Of a DNA stretch of 64,000 bases, positions 52,815-61,600 are shown in pieces (the first letter of the stretch is position 1; each line of letters begins with the position of its first letter). The stretch is from the IMG/VR virus record IMGVR_UViG_3300025450_001231. One strand, written 5' to 3'. Origin of the DNA: a virus (Duplodnaviria > Caudoviricetes). The notes below the pieces were generated by a model, which did no database searches, had not been told where the DNA came from, and was given only the letters and a program-made list of their open reading frames with translations. A program made the translations under genes and the position numbers.

Positions 52815-53192
52815 TTAAGGGCTCGTAGGCCAAGTTATGTTATTTGGAAATCCTGCTTGTTGCGGAATATCACGAAGTGCTTGACGATAGGCAGCCCATT
52901 TAGTTTTTATAGCTTCTGGCACATCACCTGCTTGTGTCCAATCTGTTTGTGATATCAATTGATTACGTTTAGATCTAGCTTTTGCTGCCAATGCATCGTT
53001 GCTAACAATTACTGGACTTAAACTAACGACTCCATTGGCTACTACAATAGCATTGCCATATGTTGCCATACCAACTAGTAATTCTAGATGGAGTTCGTCG
53101 GATATTGCTATAGTATCGTTGGGGATTGGATTGATATAGTTAATATCACTACTATAAAATCCTTTAGTTGATGGAGAGTATGAAATTGTCAC
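52815..53192 (-). CDS. Tail fibre assembly chaperone
   Basis: RSKRNQLISQTDWTQ..DVP...WAAYRQALRDIPQQAGFP..ITWP. Confidence 0.88.
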   Translation of the reverse strand: MTISYSPSTKGFYSSDINYINPIPNDTIAISDELHLELLVGMATYGNAIVVANGVVSLSPVIVSNDALAAKARSKRNQLISQTDWTQAGDVPEAIKTKWAAYRQALRDIPQQAGFPNNITWPTSP

Positions 53193-53206
53193 AATTGTTC
53201 CTTAAA

Positions 53207-54469
53207 TTAATAGCCGATAACTAGCCAAGATGCCAAACCTTTAGTACCGGTGGTATTTATAGTACACCCTGTGCCAGTGAAATTATTGAAGTAAAACGGG
53301 CCTTGCCCTACTCCGCCAGGTCCTGCGTACGGGCTTACTAGCCCAGATACAATTATATTAAATGCAACAGGAAAAGTAACTGTTTCATTTTGTGGGCCAT
53401 CTGCATCAGTGTTAATATTTCCCCACTGGATTAAAAGACCGTTATTTAACCGCCAATAACCATGGCTAGTGGTACCAACATACGTTCCTTGGGGACCAGG
53501 AGGGCCGCTTGGGCCAGATGGTCCGGCTACTGTGCTAGCTGCACCCGAAGGACCTGAAGGGCCTTGTGGGCCTTGTGGGCCTTGTGGACCACTTCCGCCA
53601 GGCCCGCCGCCACCTCCTGTGGATACATTAGCCCAAGTAACACCTGTGCCTGTACTAGTCAGCGCATAGCCAGACGGGCCTAATCTACCGCCGGCTACTA
53701 CTCCACCATTCAGTATCACTGGACTACTGAAAGTGGCGTTTGCTGAAAAAGTATTTTGATGTGTGAATGTGTTTGTTTGATCAACTCTTGCATACTGACT
53801 TGGTGCAACATTGCCAAATAAGTCTGCATCACTTGCACGAGTAACTGTGCCATAAAAAGAAGAACCAGGTAATACACCTGGATCAATTAAATTAATACCA
53901 GGTTTAATGGTTGAAAAACCTGAAATAGGAGTTGCTGGAGTATACACATTTGGTGTACCGCTAAAAATAGCAACCAATTGATTACCAACAAATAATTCTA
54001 CTGCAGTATGGCTAACTGGAGGAACTTGTGTATCTACGATGGTAGTTACAATTGTACCGCTTGTTCCGTTTGTAGTAGTAAATGCTGGGCCTACTAGAAC
54101 CCACGAAGAACCATTCCATACATTAAGTTGATTGTTAACAGTATCCCACCACGCATTTCCAGTTACAGGATTCAATGGTTGGCTACTACTGCTGGTAGTA
54201 CTGCCCAATGTTTTGAAGTGTACACCATCTGTACAAACATTAAGATTATTATTAATATTATCCCACCACAATTGTCCCGCCAAAGCTGGAGCTGGTTGTG
54301 TGCTTGCACTGCTGTTTTCTAGTAAGTGAACTAGATTGTCGTTAAGAAATTGTCCGTAACCGGAAAAGTTTTTACCAATCAGTACTAAACTGGTAGAAGT
54401 GTTATCAACTGTACCATCTGCTATAGTAGATAGTGTTGTGCCATCGGTTAAATTTATTGTATACGACAT
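53207..54469 (-). CDS. Baseplate-anchored tail fibre with gp53-like C-terminal domain
   Basis: YTINLTDG...NLVHLLEN, GQLWWD repeats, collagen stretch, GYWRLNNGLLIQWG...TFPVAF; late motif on the - strand at 54489-54494. Confidence 0.8.
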   Translation of the reverse strand: MSYTINLTDGTTLSTIADGTVDNTSTSLVLIGKNFSGYGQFLNDNLVHLLENSSASTQPAPALAGQLWWDNINNNLNVCTDGVHFKTLGSTTSSSSQPLNPVTGNAWWDTVNNQLNVWNGSSWVLVGPAFTTTNGTSGTIVTTIVDTQVPPVSHTAVELFVGNQLVAIFSGTPNVYTPATPISGFSTIKPGINLIDPGVLPGSSFYGTVTRASDADLFGNVAPSQYARVDQTNTFTHQNTFSANATFSSPVILNGGVVAGGRLGPSGYALTSTGTGVTWANVSTGGGGGPGGSGPQGPQGPQGPSGPSGAASTVAGPSGPSGPPGPQGTYVGTTSHGYWRLNNGLLIQWGNINTDADGPQNETVTFPVAFNIIVSGLVSPYAGPGGVGQGPFYFNNFTGTGCTINTTGTKGLASWLVIGY

Positions 54470-54506
54470 TGTTTTAGTCCATTTTGTTTATTTATTGAGT
54501 TACACA

Positions 54507-55100
54507 TTACAAATTACTGCTCAAGTTGGTCAGTGTTTGGATTCTGATTGTGTAATCTACTTGTATTAATCTGTTCAATGCTTTTTGCACTGGATGAAAA
54601 ACCACGTGTGACAACAATCTGCCACTACTGCTGATCAACCCTAATTCGTCAAATACATAAGTGCCTTGCATTGTACTGCTGTTATCAAATGCCGATTGCC
54701 CTGTTGGTTCTGCATAATCTAAATAACAACTGATAAACAAATCAGTATAAATTAAACCAGGGGTATGTCGAACTTGTATGTAATTTCTTGCAGGATCTGT
54801 GTTTAACGCACTGGTATTATCAACTACTTTTTGGTAAGTTTGATTGTATAATGTAGCAGTTTGCCCAAATGTATTAGTGGGCAAGTAAGTAATAATACCA
54901 GTACCGTCTACTGCAGTGGCTCCATTACCAAAAGCCATATTTGTAATAATGCCCAATCCTTTATTGGCCAAGCTCTGAGCAAGAGCTTCACTCATATTTT
55001 CATAATGAATAGCATTATCTTTATCAATAAAAACCTCACCTGTAGAGGGATCAGTGATTTTAATGTGCCCTTGAATTATTGTATTTGTTTTATCTAGCAT
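54507..55100 (-). CDS. Virion structural protein (baseplate/tail region)
   Basis: GHIKITDP.TGEV, FGNG, FDELGL, FHPVQK, IDY-type C-terminus. Confidence 0.7.
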   Translation of the reverse strand: MLDKTNTIIQGHIKITDPSTGEVFIDKDNAIHYENMSEALAQSLANKGLGIITNMAFGNGATAVDGTGIITYLPTNTFGQTATLYNQTYQKVVDNTSALNTDPARNYIQVRHTPGLIYTDLFISCYLDYAEPTGQSAFDNSSTMQGTYVFDELGLISSSGRLLSHVVFHPVQKALNRLIQVDYTIRIQTLTNLSSNL

Positions 55101-55103
55101 AGT

Positions 55104-55256
55104 TTATCCGTTTGTCTCTACTAGAACTTCACCTGATTCAGGATCACTGATCTTTACGAATCCTCGTACATATATACCAGTAGACTCATTTGGACGAGTA
55201 GATTCGTTCGTTGTCTGCTGGTTTTGGGTGTTAGGTTGTTCTTTGTTTGATTCCAT
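55104..55256 (-). CDS. Small protein absent from the ORF track (50 aa) resembling the next gene's N-terminus
   Basis: Late motif at 55261-55266; ...GIYVRGFVKISDPESGEVLVETNG. Confidence 0.7.
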   Translation of the reverse strand: MESNKEQPNTQNQQTTNESTRPNESTGIYVRGFVKISDPESGEVLVETNG

Positions 55257-55284
55257 CTTTTATTTATCAGGGTTTTAAGGTGTT

Positions 55285-55656
55285 TTACAGAACCACTGCT
55301 GGTATCATTCTGGCACCAGTACCAGCATCAGTTACTAAACTTTTAGCAAATACACTATTGGCCATATCAATAGTAAAACTAAGAGCCAATGTGTTATATG
55401 TTTGGAGACTTTTCGCTAGTCCTGAATTATCCGCTACTACCAATAAATCGCCTTGATTGACTGGTCCCATAACCATTATAGTTGTACGGCCTTTTAATAC
55501 CACTGTGGCTTGTGTGCCTGCACTAGATGCAATCACACCGGCAACTGAAGTATCACCAAATAAACTGCTGGTAGTAACTTCGTTAGCTCCGCCGTAGACC
55601 ACAACTGTGCCAGCTGGGTAATTTGCATCTGCTAAAAATGTATCTGTATATGCCAT
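55285..55656 (-). CDS. Stand-alone intramolecular-chaperone (peptidase G2-like) domain protein
   Basis: YPAGTVVVYGGANEVT...VAGVIAS...VVLKGRT..MVMGPVNQGDLLV; late motif at 55678-55683. Confidence 0.55.
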   Translation of the reverse strand: MAYTDTFLADANYPAGTVVVYGGANEVTTSSLFGDTSVAGVIASSAGTQATVVLKGRTTIMVMGPVNQGDLLVVADNSGLAKSLQTYNTLALSFTIDMANSVFAKSLVTDAGTGARMIPAVVL

Positions 55657-55685
55657 TGATTTTCCTAGGTTATAGTGTATTTATT

Positions 55686-58600
55686 TTAATTATCTTTGAT
55701 GAATTCGGCTTGTATTTGTGTGCTTTCAAACAATCCTGTGCCATCCGTTGGAGTTATTCCGTAATTGGTATTCAACCAAAGTTTACTTTGCTGATAAGTA
55801 TGACCTTCTGCTAAAGTATAAGTTTTGCCTGCAGTAGTCGTAACAGTATTGTTGGCCACTGGAGTATAAGAAGTGTGAGCACTTTGCGGGACTACTTGGA
55901 ATACACTGCCGTCAATCATTCTCGAACCAGCTAAATGTACATTTGCGCCAGTGCCTGCAGTTGCTCTTCGAATATTACTGAGCGTATTTGTGGAATTATC
56001 CACAGTCCAGTAGGTTATTCTTTCACCGTTAATGAACACTACGCCAGGTCTAAGTCCTTGCGATCCCACTGATGGAATTGGCAGTCTAGTAACATCGTCT
56101 ACTTGAATAACTGTGTCCAGTAATCCTAAATCTGCAGTTAAATTGGCTGTGCTATTGGTTTTTGGTATTCTCAAATACTGATATTCATCATTCATTGATT
56201 TGAATATTCTGTAATCAAAAGTAACAAAACTTGCAGCAGTCATTACAACTGTAGCGTTTGCTGGGCTAGTATTAGCTCCTAATATTACAACAGTCGGTGC
56301 TGTATGATAGATAACTGTTGGATCGTCTGGCGTAATACTGATAATACTACCGTTTCCGTCAAACGTTGCAGTTGCATTGTTTGTTATAACTGTAGTAGTT
56401 GAAATCTCATCACTGGAAAGATCAGTTTCGTCGGATGTTATTGTGTTACCACCAAATGGGAATAGTATTCTAGTATCATCTGCAGTAAGGTTAGCGGTAT
56501 AGGTATTTTCTAACAATACTCTTACATTTCCGTATCCCAATCCAGGATCGTTAATGATAATAGAAGTAATAACAAAGCTAGTGGCAATACCGTCACCGTT
56601 ACTGGCAATGGTACTAATTCTCATATCCAACGTATCATATACCCTGCCTGGTATTAGTTCTTCCGGAGCGTGACTGCTATATGTATCAACATATCCACCG
56701 CCGTCAACAATAACATCGTCAGGTCTATAGCCTAATGAAGAATCAGTATATTTTGACTCTATTACTGAATCTAACAACGAATCGCTGATGCTAACTGTAC
56801 CGTCAGGATTTAATATCAGTCCATCAAATGATGAAATATCAAATCCGCCTTGTCCAAAACCGCCGTTATCTGTATACAAAGGTCCTTCTACTATAACACC
56901 AGGATAATCTATCCCGGATTGTAGTAAACTGTAATCCAAACCTGGCATACCTAAAGTAGGCTGATAAAATGCACGTATTCTATCATTTGCAGGTGCAGTA
57001 ATTTTTTCTATTATATAATTCTGGTCTGTGGTCAATGACGCACTGTCTGCAAAGAAACCTACATCAGTTGTTAAATCAAACTCAGACAGTGTTGTATCCA
57101 ATGGTAATGCAACTGTGTTATAATTGTCTGCAGTAATAGTCAGGGCTCTTACGCCAGGTGTAACCAGTTGTGTGGCATCTGCTGTAATTGTTTTATTACC
57201 TGCTTTAACATTGATGTTATCAGCAGTTAATCTTGTTCCTGTTAGCGGTGCCGCACCATAATTGATTCTATCATAGACTAGTGTAGCTTTGAGCTTACGT
57301 GTAGTATTGTTGACCAAATGAGCCAACAAACGTGCTTCTGTTACAGCAGGGCCAGATCCTGAAGTACCAAACCCACCACCACCAAATATACTGGTGTTTA
57401 TACCAATTATTGGTTGTGTAGTATAATGCGACCCAGGATAAGTTACTACTATAGAAACAATAGAACCATTATGCATAATAGGTATAGCTGTGGCATCATC
57501 GCCTATTGCACTTCCAGTGATAGTAATGATAGGTGGCGTAGGATAATCTTTTCCACCATCGATAACTTCAATTGATCCAACTGAATATGTATAAGAAGTG
57601 ATCCAGTCTTGATATGTTAAATTATTTTGTAATTGATTTATATCTTGTCCAAACTCACCGCTTGGACTACGATATTTTTGAAACACCGTATCATAGTAAG
57701 CTGGTAAATCATAATCAGTAACGTACCCCATAACATTATCAATTGCAGTATAATCCAATGTGTATTCACGTATGGTGGTATGATAAGGTTTAACTTCCTC
57801 TATGTACTGCTGATAGTAGTCTTGATTTTCATTACGATAAATTGGAGTCTGATTCAGATTTCTAATAGTATGCAATACATTTACAAAACTAGTTTTGAAT
57901 ACCCAATCAACAGACTTTTGTTCTTTTAATGCATAATAAATTAAGCTGAAGAACATACTAACAAAATCACTATCCATTGTATTGATAAAGATATCGTCTC
58001 GTAAGGCTGTAAATATATTTCTAATTTCAATTGATGGGTTTTGATCGAAGCCACGAGTATCAAAATTATCGTTATCAAACCCCATTCCGTTGCCTTCTAA
58101 ATCGTAAAGATTAGAAGTTAACTGTATGGTTCCATTTTGTAAACCGATTGGTAAAACAACATTAGGAAATACCTGTATGAGACTCCATTGCCCTTGACCG
58201 TTGTTTAGAATTTTAACAATATCACCAGTAACCAATGATAGTGTACTTAAATCTGCAGGTTGGCCGATTGTATATGTAGGCTTTGTACTACGGTCAAATC
58301 CTGTAGCATACCAATCTACAAATTCCCAGTAATCAGCAGTATTATAAGTTTGAGTTCTTGTTAATTGCCAAGTGTTGTTTCTTCGTTTAGTATAAATGGT
58401 CCAATGATTGTTTGCTGAACTATCGTTTTCAACTAAAACTGTGTAACCGGCTGGATATATAGCAATGTCTACATATCCCAATGTTTCTAAGTTAGGTACA
58501 GATGTATTGTAAAGACCAAGTCCCACATTAGGTATAGGTTCCCCTGCACTTAAATTAGCAAGATTAAAACCTTTACTAATTGTATTCTTTATTAGTATAC

Positions 58601-61600
58601 TATTGATATAATCAACCATCTCGTGGACAGCTTGATTTTTATCAATGAACATACTTTGACGAGGACGAATTCCAATTCCGTAACGTGTTTGTACCGGCAA
58701 CAAAGGATCTGGAACTTGATTACCAAATGCATCTATTCCGCTAACACTATCAACTAGTTTGTTATAGATCGCAGTGGGGATATCATCTGCACGACTATTT
58801 GTTTCACTTAATAATACAAATTCACTGTGAATAATATTATCAGCATCAGTACGAGTAGAATAATCTATGTGGAGTATGGTATCTTTACCTGTTGCCGTAC
58901 CTGCTAAATTATAAATTGCAATACTATCATTTCTGATTGCAGCAAAATACTCGACCCCACTATTTTTAGGATCTTTTATATAACTTGCAATTGCTGATAC
59001 CGGAGCAGTTCTGTTCTTTAATTTTACGTCAACTGTAGACTTATCTTTGACCCAATAGTAGTATTTTACAATAGTCTGATTTGTTTCAGGATCTACATAA
59101 TTTACTGTACTGTATGCACTATTGTCTGGATATTTTGGTGTCCCGTCTCCACCAGTGGCTACATATTGGCTTGGTGGATACATACTTTCTACCCACTCGT
59201 ATACATCAATACTGCTGCCAGGGAATGTTCCTCCCCAGTTTGTAGTGCGATATTGTATACTGCCTTGTTCGTAGTTCAAGAATCGTACTGTGCTAAGATC
59301 CCACCAAACTTTTCCAACTTCGTTGCTGTCCCAGTGGAACGCAGAGTCTAAAGTAACTGTACCGTTTGTTCCGTGATTGTAAACACCGGGATCGTGTGCC
59401 ACTTTATAACTGATATCTTGTTCAGCTATTCCCAATATTTTACCTTTTGCAGGATCAATATAATCTAGGGTATGTGTAATTGTTTGTGATTTATCACTGT
59501 AGACAAATGCTTTTACAATAGAATTAATATCAACTTCAGGTTCTTCGGCGGTATAAACGTCCCACCCCAATAGTCCTGCAGGATTACTAAATTGATAAAT
59601 TCTTCCAGCTGCGGTACCATATGTATTATCAAAATTAGATCCAATAATCATTTCAGTGGAATTAAAATCTATCGCACTACCAAAATTAACATAAGGTTGC
59701 AATGATGGGTTAATTCCGGAACTGTAGGGATTAATCTGTTGAACAAATGCAAATACTCCAGGATCAGCAATATCATTTTTACTGTTTGCCAAATAGCTAA
59801 ACATCCAAACCCCGCCGGAAATCACTTCATCAACAAACACCATTGATCCAGAATCAAAAGTAGTGGCTATATGGTCCGTATCAAATATAGTAACTTCGCT
59901 TGTTATAGCAGCAGTACTAGATACTGCCAATACATTATTTGATGGATTAATTTTTACATTTTGTCCAAACAAGTCGTATGCATTGTTAGTCGGATTATTG
60001 ATAATTTCAACTTGAACAAATACATCTAGTCCCAAATCCTGGATACTATTTCCCATTCCAGGTAAGATTCTTATTTTGTTTGAATCTGCAGTTGCAGTTG
60101 TTGTCAATTGCAAATAACCGTTGACATTAGCCGCTGACAATCCAGGGATAAAGTGATTATTAATTGCAGTTACTGTGCTATCTAAATCGCTGTAGATGAA
60201 TATAATTTCAAAGTCGTTGATTCTAATACTATTACCAGGAGTAACGGTTGGGTTTTGTACTTTACCAGTAATGGTTCCGTATACTCTTGCTTGGTTTACA
60301 TATCTATAGACTTGACCAGCATAGTATCTATTTGTATTTGCGTGTGGTGCTCCTGCATATACAGTACTGTCAGTTGCATCAATGTCAACACTGAATCCCA
60401 ACTGTGCTTTTGTTCCGGCTGGATTGCTAAATCGTTTTAGTAATTTGAATTGATTTGTTTCTATTGTAACAATACTATTTTGTGGGGGAGCAACTGTAAA
60501 TTCAAATTCACTGTGATGTGTAGGATAACCGCTAACACTATAAATGGTATAATCAGTACCGTAAGTTTGCAAAATATCATTTACATAAACTCTATCTGTG
60601 TAAACTAACTCACGGGGGCTACTGAATTTAGTTTCTATTCCGTTACCTAAGAATTGTTCCACAGTTCTGTCGTATATACTAACACTACCTGCTTCGCCAT
60701 TATCAGTGGGTGCACCTACTGCAATTTGTCTGCCATCGGTAGTTGTTGCAATACTGTAGCCAAAATTATTGTCACCGTTGTTATAAAATATTTTATCTTT
60801 CAACTGGTAACCAGGTTGTTGACGAACAATCAGTGTACCGGCAGGCACAGGATTGACAAAAGTTAATGTAGTACCCGATACTGTAAAACCAGTGCCGTAT
60901 ACTAATGTATATGATTCTAAAGAAGTAATTACTGTTGCAGTTAAAAATTCAGGTCCTGCAATTGTAAAATCAGTAATCATATACTGTGTGTCTGATCCTG
61001 TTGTAGCAGAGAATGTCTGACTACTTGATGTTAAATTAGAGAACCATTGGTACGCATAAACTGCTTTTTCTCCAGGTGCGCCTACATACATCCAATGTGC
61101 ATCTTCACTGATTGCAACACTAGTACCAAATTCTGATGAATTTGTAGTCGTTGGTCCTAAAATTTGTTGTTGAGTAATAACGCCCAAGAAGTTTTTAGTA
61201 TAAACATACACATAGCCTGACCCGTCGGAACTGCCAGGAGCTCCAGTTACAATATGATTGGAACCTAATGCAAGACTTGTGCCCATACCGGCAGTATTTT
61301 GTGCAGATCCAATGATTGTAGAGTTTTCTGCTAATTTTCCAGTAGTAGTTGAATAAGCATACAAGTATTCAACTAGTGCACCTGTTCCATTGGCATATCC
61401 AGGAGCACCAACTATTGCTAATTTATTATCTGCACTAAGTTTTACACTTGTACCAAAATTGGCGCCAGCATATGGGCTTTCAGTTGCAAAGCTTAAAATT
61501 GGTTGCCAAGGATCTGTTTTGTTGTATACTGCCCAATTGTTATTTGCAGTATTGTCATTGATCCATACTTTACTGTTAGCAGTCCACCCGTTAACTGGAG

